NCBI GenBank assembly: GCA_002838935.1
Contig: PGXE01000003.1
Coordinates: forward strand, 1-34,997
DNA: 34,997 nucleotides
DNA from: Thermoplasmata archaeon HGW-Thermoplasmata-1
Lineage (GTDB): Archaea; Thermoplasmatota; E2; GCA-002838935
Direction of reading: 5' to 3'
The notes beneath the pieces were generated by a model. The model searched no databases. It had not been told where the DNA came from and was given only the letters and a program-made list of their open reading frames with translations. Position numbers and translations under genes: made by a program. Of this stretch, positions 7,782-16,147 are shown in pieces; positions within the stretch are counted from its first letter, which is position 1, and each line of letters begins with the position of its first letter.

Positions 7782-9527
7782 ATGGTAAAGATTACGGATA
7801 CGATTCTGAGGGATGCGCACCAGTCGCTGATAGCCACCCGCATGAAGACGGAGGACATGACCCCCGCTCTCGAGAAGATAGACCGGGTTGGCTATCACTC
7901 GATAGAAATGTGGGGCGGCGCCACCTTCGACTCCTGCATGAGATTTTTGGACGAGGACCCGTGGGAACGGTTGAGGATAATTAGGCAAAACGCGCCCAAA
8001 ACCAAACTGCAGATGCTGCTGCGCGGGCAGAACCTCGTCGGCTACAGGCACTACGCCGACGACGTCGTCGGGAAGTTCGTCGAGAAGGCGGCGGAGAACG
8101 GCATCGACATCTTCAGGGTTTTCGATGCGCTTAACGACCCGCGCAACCTGCGGACCGCGCTGAAGTCTGTCCGAAAGAGCGGAAAGCACGCCCAGGCCAC
8201 GATAAGCTACACGATAAGTCCGCTCCACAGCAACGACGTCTTCGTCGCGCTTGGAGAGGAACTCAAGGGGATGGACGCGGACTCAATCTGCATAAAGGAT
8301 ATGGCCGGGCTCATTGCACCCTACGACGCCTACGAACTCGTTTCACGGCTGAAAAAAGAGGTGGGGCTGCCGGTCCAGCTGCATTGCCACTGCACTAGCG
8401 GCATGGCCGAGATGGCCTACCTAAAAGCGATAGAGGCGGGCGCCGACGTTATCGACACCGCGATATCCGCGTTCGCCGGCGGGACGTCTCAGCCGTCGAC
8501 CGAGTCCTTCGTGGCCGCACTAAAGGGGACAAAATACGACACCGGCCTTGACCTCAATCTCATAAGCGAGGTCGCCGAGCACTTCAACTCGATACGCGGC
8601 AAATACGCACAGTTCGAATCCAAGTTCACGGGCGTCGACCCCAACGTGCTCAAGTTCCAGATACCTGGCGGCATGATATCCAATCTGGCAAACCAGCTAA
8701 AGGAGGCTAATGCGCTAGATAAGATGGACGCCGTGCTCGCCGAGGTCCCCCGCGTGAGAAAGGATTTCGGCTATCCCCCGCTTGTCACCCCATCAAGCCA
8801 GATCGTCGGCACCCAGGCCGTGCTCAACGTGATAGGCGGCGAGCGCTACAAGATGACCAGCAAGGAGACAAAGGACTACCTTGCCGGGAGATACGGCAAG
8901 CCTGCGGGCGAGATCGACGCAGAAGTGAGAAAGACGGTCATCGGCGACGAGAAGCCGATTACGGTAAGACCCGCAGATCTGATAGAGCCGGAGTGGCAGA
9001 AACTCGTAAAGGAGGCGGGCAAGCTCGCACACGGCGACGAGGATGTGCTCCTCTACGCCCTTTTCCCCAAGGTGGCCCAGGAGTTCTTCGCAAGGCGCGA
9101 TGCGAAACTAAATCCCCCAAAACCGGTCGAGCCGGTATCCGGCAGATACACGATAACCGTCGGCAAGAACACCTACGAGATAGGCATAGTCGAAGCTGGA
9201 GCCTACGTTGCCGTGCAGGCGGCTCCGCCCGTCGTGCAGACGGCGCAGGCTACGGCAGCTCCGCCCGTTCCAGCGCAATCGCCGCAGGCGGCTGCCGGAG
9301 GGCAGGCAACCTCCGGCAACCTCGTAAAGGCGCCGCTTCCGGGGAAGGTGCTTCGCATAGCGACCAGGGTGGGCGCGCAGGTCAAGAGGGGTAGCCCGCT
9401 CGTGGTGCTCGAGGCGATGAAGATGGAAAACGAGGTTGCAAGCCCGTTTGACGGCGTCGTAAAGTCTGTCAACGTCAGCGAAGGCTCAAGTGTCGGCGCA
9501 GGCGAAACGCTCGTAGTTATAGGGTGA
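7782..9527 (+). CDS. oadA: Oxaloacetate decarboxylase alpha subunit (carboxyltransferase plus biotin carboxyl carrier domain)
   Basis: N-terminal ITDTILRDAHQSL (HMGL-like/5S carboxyltransferase), an Ala/Pro-rich linker, and the C-terminal biotinyl motif LEAMKMENEV. The same domains occur in pyruvate carboxylase subunit B. Linkage to the gamma and beta subunit genes favours the Na+-pumping decarboxylase. Confidence 0.88.
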   Translation: MVKITDTILRDAHQSLIATRMKTEDMTPALEKIDRVGYHSIEMWGGATFDSCMRFLDEDPWERLRIIRQNAPKTKLQMLLRGQNLVGYRHYADDVVGKFVEKAAENGIDIFRVFDALNDPRNLRTALKSVRKSGKHAQATISYTISPLHSNDVFVALGEELKGMDADSICIKDMAGLIAPYDAYELVSRLKKEVGLPVQLHCHCTSGMAEMAYLKAIEAGADVIDTAISAFAGGTSQPSTESFVAALKGTKYDTGLDLNLISEVAEHFNSIRGKYAQFESKFTGVDPNVLKFQIPGGMISNLANQLKEANALDKMDAVLAEVPRVRKDFGYPPLVTPSSQIVGTQAVLNVIGGERYKMTSKETKDYLAGRYGKPAGEIDAEVRKTVIGDEKPITVRPADLIEPEWQKLVKEAGKLAHGDEDVLLYALFPKVAQEFFARRDAKLNPPKPVEPVSGRYTITVGKNTYEIGIVEAGAYVAVQAAPPVVQTAQATAAPPVPAQSPQAAAGGQATSGNLVKAPLPGKVLRIATRVGAQVKRGSPLVVLEAMKMENEVASPFDGVVKSVNVSEGSSVGAGETLVVIG

Positions 9528-9533
9528 TGTGCC

Positions 9534-10682
9534 ATGGACGTAGGACAGGCCTTTGAAAGTCTGCTGGGCCAGACCGGCTTTGCGAACTTCACGTGGGGAG
9601 AGGCGGCCATGGTGGCAATAGGCTGCGTGCTTCTTTTCCTTGCGATAGTGAAGAAATACGAACCGCTCCTGCTCATCCCGATAGCGATAGGCGTCATATT
9701 CGTAAACATCCCCGTCGCCGACATGATGGGCGATGCGAGCCCGTTCCACCTAGTTTACAAATACGGGATAAAGAGCGGGCTTTTTCCGCTGATAATATTC
9801 ATGGGCGTCGGCGCTCTGACCGACTTCGGGCCCCTGCTCTCGAACCCGAAGACAATGCTCCTTGGGGCTGCGGCGCAGTTCGGCATATTCGGCACCCTCA
9901 TAGGCGCTCTCGCCCTAGGATACATCCCCGGGCTTGGCATAGATTTCACCCTGGCAGAGGCGGCCTCGATAGGCATAATCGGCGGAGCGGACGGGCCCAC
10001 ATCCATATACACGGCCACCCGCCTTGCGCCCCACCTTCTCGGGCCTATCGCGGTGGCGGCGTACTCATACATGGCGCTCGTGCCGCTAATCCAGCCTCCG
10101 ATAATGCGCGCGCTGACAACGAAAAAAGAACGCATGGTGCGCATGCCGAATATCGACAGCGTGCCAAAGTCGGTGAAGATACTCTTTCCGCTAATGGTCA
10201 TGCTTTCGTGCGCCATTCTCATCCCGAGCGCGATGCCCCTGATTGGAATGCTCATGCTGGGCAACCTGTTTCGGGAGTGCGGCGTGGTCGACAGGCTTCT
10301 TGGATCGGCGCAAAACGAGATAATAAACATATCCACCATATTCCTAGGCATAGGCGTCGGCGGGACCATGACCGCCAAAAGCTTCCTTAGCCCTTCGACG
10401 CTCGGCATATTCCTGCTCGGACTCATCGCCTTCTCGGTGGGAACAGCCACGGGCGTCCTCTTCGGCAAGCTCATGTGCAAGCTCTCCGGCGGAAAGGTGA
10501 ACCCCCTCATAGGCGCGGCGGGCGTGTCCGCAGTCCCGATGGCGGCACGCGTGGTGCAGAAGGTGGGCAGGGAATACGATCCTGACAACTACCTGCTCAT
10601 GCACGCGATGGGCCCGAACGTTGCAGGAGTCATAGGCTCTGCCGTTGCGGCAGGCGTGCTGATAGCGATATTGGGGGCGTAA
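9534..10682 (+). CDS. oadB: Sodium ion-translocating decarboxylase beta subunit
   Basis: Polytopic membrane protein resembling the OadB family as I remember it ([28 protein letters not shown]). It starts 6 nt after oadA. Confidence 0.88.
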   Translation: MDVGQAFESLLGQTGFANFTWGEAAMVAIGCVLLFLAIVKKYEPLLLIPIAIGVIFVNIPVADMMGDASPFHLVYKYGIKSGLFPLIIFMGVGALTDFGPLLSNPKTMLLGAAAQFGIFGTLIGALALGYIPGLGIDFTLAEAASIGIIGGADGPTSIYTATRLAPHLLGPIAVAAYSYMALVPLIQPPIMRALTTKKERMVRMPNIDSVPKSVKILFPLMVMLSCAILIPSAMPLIGMLMLGNLFRECGVVDRLLGSAQNEIINISTIFLGIGVGGTMTAKSFLSPSTLGIFLLGLIAFSVGTATGVLFGKLMCKLSGGKVNPLIGAAGVSAVPMAARVVQKVGREYDPDNYLLMHAMGPNVAGVIGSAVAAGVLIAILGA

Positions 10683-10685
10683 GGG

Positions 10686-10707
10686 ATTTTTAGACTCTTT
10701 TTATTTT
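10686..10707 (+). terminator. Oligo-T tracts after the oad operon
   Basis: attttt-agact-cttttt-atttt fills the 28-nt gap before the convergent giant gene. Confidence 0.45.
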
Positions 10708-10710
10708 CAA

Positions 10711-13700
10711 TTAAAACGCTGCGGGCAATACGGCTTTTCCAAAAATATGCGGCCCCGCTTGCCGCATCCCGCACTCTGGCTTTTCAGGAAATTTCATGAT
10801 GAGAGTGGCGTAATCCGGATCATTGGGTTTTGTTATGTAACCATCAAGACCTGAATTCACTTCCTCGAAATCTCCAAACCCGTCTCCGTCTGAATCAGGC
10901 GATAACGGGTTTGTTATATAACCGTCCGTGCCTGTTTCGACCTCTTCGCCGTCCAGGATTTTGTCGTCATCGCTGTCAGGGCGGAGCGGGTCTGTGTAAT
11001 GGATTTTGATTTCTGCCCCGTCGTCAAGCAGGTCGTTGTCGCTGTCGGCGTCCCTCGGGTCGCAGTAGTTCCTGTATTCCTCTATGTTCACGAGGTTGTC
11101 GCCGTCTGGGTCGTCGTATGCGTCCGGGTTGGTCGGGTTCGTTAGCATATCGACTTCCCACCTGTCAGGCATTTCGTCGTCGTCCGTGTCCCACTTGTGG
11201 GGGTCTGTCCCGTGGATCTTTACTTCTTCGTAATCGTAGAGTGCGTCGCGGTCTGTGTCTATGTTGTTGCAGTGCGTCCCGTATATTTTGAGTTCGTCGA
11301 AGTCGCCAAGGCCGTCGAAGTCCGTATCTGTCAGGACGGGGTCGGAGTGCCGCTCGACATCCCACTCGAACGTGTCGAACTCCTCGCCGTCCGAAAGCTT
11401 GTCGGAATCGCTGTCCCAGTCCTGTATGTTGGGTATGCCGTCTCCGTCGATGTCCCCCATCGGGTCGAGCTTTCTCGACGAGAGGTAGCCGAGCCAGAAC
11501 GCTATCTCCTTGCCGTCCTCAAGGCCGTCGCCGTCCGTGTCCGCGAGCCATGGCAGGGTCATGCCGTACTGGACTTCGAGGCCGTCGCGCATGTCAATGA
11601 AGGTCTCGCCCTCTATGAAGGTGTCCTTGTCGCTGTCTGGGTCAAGTATGTTGGGCAATCCGTTTCCGTCAGAATCGCTGTTCGGGTCTATGCCGTTGGC
11701 CAGCCAGTAGCTCACCTCGGCCCCGTCCATGAACTCGTCGTCGTCGGTGTCGGGGTCGAGCGGGTCTGTGAAGTAGGTATATATCTCGTAGCCGTCGATC
11801 AGCCGATCGTCATCCGTGTCTGCGTCGAGCGGGTCGGTGCCGTAATGGTAAACCTCGTCTGCGTCAGCCACGAGGTCGTCGTCGCTGTCTATGTCGAATG
11901 GATTGGTTCCCATCCGAACCTCGTCCACGTTGGAAAGCCCGTCGCTGTCGGTATCGACCGCGATGTCGATGATGTCGTCCTCGTCGGGAGCGAAGAATTT
12001 CATCTCATCGATATCCTGCTGGTCTTCGACAAGCTCGTCTGTGTGCCAGTTGACGAAGACAGGCGAAGCCGTTGTCTTGTCGAAGACGAGGTCCTTGCCG
12101 CCCACCCGCATCTCAAGCCCCTCGATTACGAGGGGGGTGCTGGCATCCGGCGAGACGTCTCCTGTCACCACCGTGTTGGCTATATTCAGCTGAAGGTCGC
12201 GGTGCTCGTTCGGTATAACGCTTATCTGCCACGTGCCGTCGCAGGGGTGGCCTTCGAGGTGGGTAAGGTCGAGCTGGAGCGTCCATATCTCTTCTTCCGC
12301 AATGGTCTCGTAAAGCTCGTTGCGCGTGCCCTGTATCGAGGATTCCGCCTGAAGTGCGTCTATGTTGTATTCCCGGAGCAGGTTTAGAAGGTCGGAGCCC
12401 GCCAGATCCGCTTCGTATATTATGTCTGCATCGATGCTGTCCCCCAGCACCCTCGACGAAAGCGTCACGTCCCTGTCCGTCTTCTGTATGTTGTATAGCT
12501 GGAGGTCCCCGAGTTCGAGGAACTGGATGTTGCAGTCGCGGGTGTAATGGATATTCTCAACAACAGCAAGCTCGCCCGCAGTGATCGAGTATTTGGTGGC
12601 AGCCGCGTTTTCCAGCATGGCATTTTTCATTACCAGGGTTCCGCCATCTATCATCAGTTTCTGGCTTTCGGTCTGCTCGTCGTTTACCTGCCTGCAGGAA
12701 AGCTCCCCGTATTCAATGTTGTATTTCGTCTTTTCGTAGTGGTCGTCTTTCGCTTCGAGCAGGGTGAGGGTCCCGCTGTCGATATACGCCCTTTCCAGAT
12801 TTCCTGCCTCGTCGTTGAGTTCGATGAGATCAACGCAGGTTTGAAGAACGAGGGCGCGGGTCTGGCCGCTGGCCGCGTCGTTCGACTTCCCTAGCTCAAG
12901 GAATCCCTCGTCCGCGAGAAGGCGGCTTTCGGCAAAGCGGTCGTCCGCGGCATCGTAGAGGACAAGGCGGTCGTCTATCACATCGTAATGGTATTTATTG
13001 GCGATGCCGGTCAAAAGGTCCCTTGCCGTGATATCAGTCTCCCTGACAGTGACCTCGTAGCGGTCGAGCAGGGTGGAAAGTTGGCTCTTGCCGACCTGTT
13101 GGATTATGCCGTCCTTGAGAAGGGCCGCGTTCAGTTGCCTGCCGACATCTATGATCTCCCCTGAATCCGAAAGGATATCCATCTGGGAATCCAGTATCGT
13201 GTCGAACTGCTGCAGCGCATCAATGGTCTCCCCGTCGGCGTCCTCTTCCCTGATCGACCCGAGTATCTCATCCATCATATGAAGCGCGTCGAGCGTGGCC
13301 CCGTTCAAAAGGTCCCTGTCCGCGGCATCGAGCAGATCACCTATCTCATAAAACCGGCCCGCGGTTCCGGGGTCAAAACCTGAACCATCAAGGGAATCGA
13401 GTATCGAGTCCGCGCCCTTGAACGCGTTCAGCGCGGAAAGTGAGGAAGAGCGTTCGTCTATCGTGGCCAAGAGCGCGTTTATCTCCATTACATCCCTGAA
13501 GGATCCCGCGTCCAGAGACGACAGTTCCACAGAGCCCAGTATCGATTCCGCTTTTTGCATCTGGCCGAGCGCGTCACCGTCTATCGACGTTCGCCCCATT
13601 GAATCCAGAATAAGGTCGAGCTGCTGGAGCTTCTGCAGTGTTCCCAGGTTAACGGCTTCGCGGTCTATTGAGGCAAGCGCGACGTTCATGTTTTGCAACT

Positions 13701-15954
13701 CTTCGAGAAGTCCCGCGTTGACGCCCGCGCCCGTGAACGAAAGGCTGCCGATCCCCTTTGTCCGGGGTGTTGTGCTACCCAACTCTAAAGTTGAAGCGGA
13801 GAACGCCGATGTGATGGCGTCCGGAAGCGATTCCGAGTCCGTCACGAACGCATTGGATGAAAGGCTGCCGAAAGATACTTTATCGAGTATGCGGGTTCTG
13901 TCCGAAATGACCGATGCCGCACTGCGGTCTATAACGAGATACGCGCTTTCCAGGGCTTCCAGTGATACTCCGTCCACCACGATCGCGCCGCTTCGGATGG
14001 CCTGATATATATCCTCGTCGCCGTCGCTTTTTTCGTTCTTTAATCTGGTCAGGGCGGCTTCGTCAAGGACACTGATCGCCGACTGGGCGCTGTCTAGCTT
14101 TTCGTCGACCGAGCCGCTTCCTTCATCCATACTCTCGAACGCCTCGCGCTCCAGCATGACCGGCCCGGAAGAAAGCAGCCCAACGGCGGCCTCGTCCACG
14201 ATCAGAGAAGTCCCTTCCATGTCGTCAAATATGCTTCGTTCCAGGGCTATGGCCTGGGCATCCATGTTTTCCAACGCCTCTTTTTTGATGATTATGTAAC
14301 CGTTCAAAAGCTGGGATATCGCAGTCTGGTGCCCTTCTTCTGATATATCGTCTATGGTGAGTGAGCCCTGATCTATCGAATACGCGAACGTCCGGGAAAG
14401 ATCGGTCGCCGAGTCGCTTAGAAGTATATTTTTGGATTCGACAGCCAGATTAAGGTTGTCAGAACTCAGCGAGATTGCATCGGTCAGGATTACGTTTTCT
14501 GCATCGACAGAGTAGTCTGCGGCGTAGCAAGAACTTGTTACTGCATCATGCACCACTATATTATTCGAATCTGCCGCGAACATCATGTTGTAATTCATGG
14601 CGTCCGATATGTCGTAGAACCTCAGTTCTGAATCCTCGACCGCATACGTGCATAACTGGGACGATTGCCCGGTACGGTCCACCGCTATCATGGTTCCGCG
14701 CGTATTGTATAGTTTTGTATCCTGGCTGAGGCGGGCGGTGCGAAGCGAGTTGCTCCTTTTGATCATATCTTCGTTATACCGGACATCCCCGATCTCGAAA
14801 TGGCGTTTTTCGTTGAGCGAATATATCGCCGAATCCGCTGTTTCATCTGTCTTTTGCAATGCGCCGTCAATTAGACCGCTCACATCCCTCATGACGTCGT
14901 CTTCTACTCCGTAGACGCCTTCGAGCAGGGCGCCCTGGGGCAAAACATCCCCAAGCTTGAATGTCTTTATCTCCGTGAAGCCGTCCGGCGCGGTTATGGC
15001 GAACACAACCTCATCGTTGGTTTTAAGCGATTCTGAATTTGAATTTATGTAGGCATAGATCCGGTCGCCTTCCATGACAGAAACAGAACTGTCAGATGCC
15101 GGATAAACCATCCCGTTTTCTGGAGGAGCCGGGGTTTTGGCATCCGAGTTCTTCAGCGTCAGGCCAAGAGAATTTATCGTGTCGTTCACGATGTCCAGCG
15201 CCCCGTCACCATAATCGCGGGCTGTGGTTTGGGCATTGGATACGACAGTTGACGATGCGTCCAGCACCATGTCGAAGACTGCGGGCGTGTCGGACACGAA
15301 TCCTGCTGCGGTGTCGGTGCCGGACGGTAGATTCAGGGTTTTTCCGGCATCCCTTATCTCGCCGTAATCCACTATCTGGTTGCTTACCGTGATAACGTAG
15401 TCGAGCGAATCGGAAACGAACTCGAAAACCACGTCGAGGTTTTCTGCGCTGCCTTCCGAATCCGCAAGAAGAATGTTCGCGAAATAGCGTTTATCCAAAG
15501 GTCTGAGGCCTTCTAATGCAATGGTGGTTCCCGCAATCCTCACCGGAAGCTCGTCGTTGCTGAATGATATTTCCGGGCGGTCCAGATTGGCGAACGATAT
15601 GGTTGAACCCATGCTTGGCGTTATGCTGAATGTGTTGGTTCCTTCGCGTACAAAGAATAGCAACTTATTCACACAATCTGCTTTCAGGTATTCCGGGACC
15701 CCGTTGATCGTAAAGTCTCTCATATCCCCATCAACAGTGAAGAGCAGTATCGTGTCTTCTTTTGCCGTGGTCACAAAATTCACAGGCATGGGCAGTGAGT
15801 TCACGGTATAGATAAAAGGTATGTCCCCCAACTCGTCAAGATTGATATTCACTGTGCTCTGCTGGATTGCAGAAACTGCGACTGGCACCAAAAAGCTGGC
15901 GACTATCATTACTACAAATAGCTTGCTTGCGGTTCCCCCGATTAGTTTCATCAT
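10711..15954 (-). CDS. Giant acidic secreted repeat protein (about 1750 aa) with an N-terminal signal peptide and about 16 C-terminal thrombospondin type-3-like Ca-binding repeats
   Basis: The track ORF runs to 16125, but GGAGGA (15966-15961) directly precedes ATG-AAT-ATG-ATG (15960-15949). I place the start at 15954 (MMKLIGG), 6 nt after the SD; 15960 is equally possible. The signal peptide is KLFVVMIVASFLVPVAVSA|IQQ. The C-terminal 380 aa are DxDxDG-type motifs such as DTDSDGLSNVDE, DTDGDGLEDGKE, DIDGDGIPN and PDSDGDGFGDFEE. No C-terminal TM segment or sorting signal is visible. Confidence 0.85.
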   Translation of the reverse strand: MMKLIGGTASKLFVVMIVASFLVPVAVSAIQQSTVNINLDELGDIPFIYTVNSLPMPVNFVTTAKEDTILLFTVDGDMRDFTINGVPEYLKADCVNKLLFFVREGTNTFSITPSMGSTISFANLDRPEISFSNDELPVRIAGTTIALEGLRPLDKRYFANILLADSEGSAENLDVVFEFVSDSLDYVITVSNQIVDYGEIRDAGKTLNLPSGTDTAAGFVSDTPAVFDMVLDASSTVVSNAQTTARDYGDGALDIVNDTINSLGLTLKNSDAKTPAPPENGMVYPASDSSVSVMEGDRIYAYINSNSESLKTNDEVVFAITAPDGFTEIKTFKLGDVLPQGALLEGVYGVEDDVMRDVSGLIDGALQKTDETADSAIYSLNEKRHFEIGDVRYNEDMIKRSNSLRTARLSQDTKLYNTRGTMIAVDRTGQSSQLCTYAVEDSELRFYDISDAMNYNMMFAADSNNIVVHDAVTSSCYAADYSVDAENVILTDAISLSSDNLNLAVESKNILLSDSATDLSRTFAYSIDQGSLTIDDISEEGHQTAISQLLNGYIIIKKEALENMDAQAIALERSIFDDMEGTSLIVDEAAVGLLSSGPVMLEREAFESMDEGSGSVDEKLDSAQSAISVLDEAALTRLKNEKSDGDEDIYQAIRSGAIVVDGVSLEALESAYLVIDRSAASVISDRTRILDKVSFGSLSSNAFVTDSESLPDAITSAFSASTLELGSTTPRTKGIGSLSFTGAGVNAGLLEELQNMNVALASIDREAVNLGTLQKLQQLDLILDSMGRTSIDGDALGQMQKAESILGSVELSSLDAGSFRDVMEINALLATIDERSSSLSALNAFKGADSILDSLDGSGFDPGTAGRFYEIGDLLDAADRDLLNGATLDALHMMDEILGSIREEDADGETIDALQQFDTILDSQMDILSDSGEIIDVGRQLNAALLKDGIIQQVGKSQLSTLLDRYEVTVRETDITARDLLTGIANKYHYDVIDDRLVLYDAADDRFAESRLLADEGFLELGKSNDAASGQTRALVLQTCVDLIELNDEAGNLERAYIDSGTLTLLEAKDDHYEKTKYNIEYGELSCRQVNDEQTESQKLMIDGGTLVMKNAMLENAAATKYSITAGELAVVENIHYTRDCNIQFLELGDLQLYNIQKTDRDVTLSSRVLGDSIDADIIYEADLAGSDLLNLLREYNIDALQAESSIQGTRNELYETIAEEEIWTLQLDLTHLEGHPCDGTWQISVIPNEHRDLQLNIANTVVTGDVSPDASTPLVIEGLEMRVGGKDLVFDKTTASPVFVNWHTDELVEDQQDIDEMKFFAPDEDDIIDIAVDTDSDGLSNVDEVRMGTNPFDIDSDDDLVADADEVYHYGTDPLDADTDDDRLIDGYEIYTYFTDPLDPDTDDDEFMDGAEVSYWLANGIDPNSDSDGNGLPNILDPDSDKDTFIEGETFIDMRDGLEVQYGMTLPWLADTDGDGLEDGKEIAFWLGYLSSRKLDPMGDIDGDGIPNIQDWDSDSDKLSDGEEFDTFEWDVERHSDPVLTDTDFDGLGDFDELKIYGTHCNNIDTDRDALYDYEEVKIHGTDPHKWDTDDDEMPDRWEVDMLTNPTNPDAYDDPDGDNLVNIEEYRNYCDPRDADSDNDLLDDGAEIKIHYTDPLRPDSDDDKILDGEEVETGTDGYITNPLSPDSDGDGFGDFEEVNSGLDGYITKPNDPDYATLIMKFPEKPECGMRQAGPHIFGKAVLPAAF
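10819..11955 (-). repeat. Coding repeat block: about 16 TSP3-like (DxDxDG/DxDxDD) calcium-binding motifs
   Basis: I counted the motifs in the translation from aa 1391 to about 1769 of the track ORF. The first motif, DTDSDG, is encoded at 11955-11938 (checked on the DNA). The units are diverged at the DNA level. Confidence 0.8.
13156..13713 (-). repeat. Coding repeat block: about 8 tandem 23-25-aa units of the form L-x(6,7)-[ILM]-L-[DG]-S-x(7,9)-G-x-T
   Basis: Read by eye from aa 805-990. Example units are LQKLQQLDLILDSMGRTSIDGDA, LGQMQKAESILGSVELSSLDAGS, LNAFKGADSILDSLDGSGFDPGT, LDALHMMDEILGSIREEDADGET and IDALQQFDTILDSQMDILSDSGE. Confidence 0.6.
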
Positions 15955-16096
15955 ATTCATTCCTCCATCGGTTGATGCAAGACGGGGGATGGCAAGGGTT
16001 TTACTTAAGCTTTGTTTGACGAGTTTTGTCGTTGAAGGCTTTGTTTTACTCTCCTGGATTTTTGCTTGGCACCCTTTTCGCCCTAAAATCAGGTTT

Positions 16097-16130
16097 AATA
16101 AAAAGAAGGTTGTTTGATGCGTCAAAACCC
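16097..16130 (-). terminator. Hairpin plus T-tract after the glutaminyl cyclase gene (the T-rich part could instead be a TATA box for the giant gene)
   Basis: On the minus strand gggttttgacgcatcaaacaacc (imperfect stem) is followed by ttctttttatt, starting 18 nt after the stop at 16148. The same ttttattaaa could act as a distal TATA box. Confidence 0.35.
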
Positions 16131-16147
16131 GCTTTTCACAAAGGGAT

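Noticed and set aside
9226-9310. Ala/Pro/Gln-rich low-complexity stretch in oadA
   Set aside because: This is the expected flexible linker preceding the biotinyl domain in carboxylase and decarboxylase alpha subunits. It is not a separate feature.
9755-10588. 277-aa antisense ORF within oadB (and 9593-10390 in the plus strand)
   Set aside because: The oadB frame gives a coherent polytopic membrane protein with family motifs. These other frames give Arg/Pro/Met-rich low-complexity products.
11197-12387. 396-aa plus-strand ORF antisense to the TSP3 region of the giant gene
   Set aside because: GAC/GAT-rich sense codons read in antisense give Val-rich, stop-free frames. The product (VxVxV runs) is an artefact of the Asp-rich repeats.
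15961-16125. 55-aa N-terminal extension of the giant ORF in the ORF track
   Set aside because: The extension precedes a perfect GGAGGA SD and an ATG cluster that starts a canonical signal peptide. The extension itself contains the likely promoter and terminator elements.
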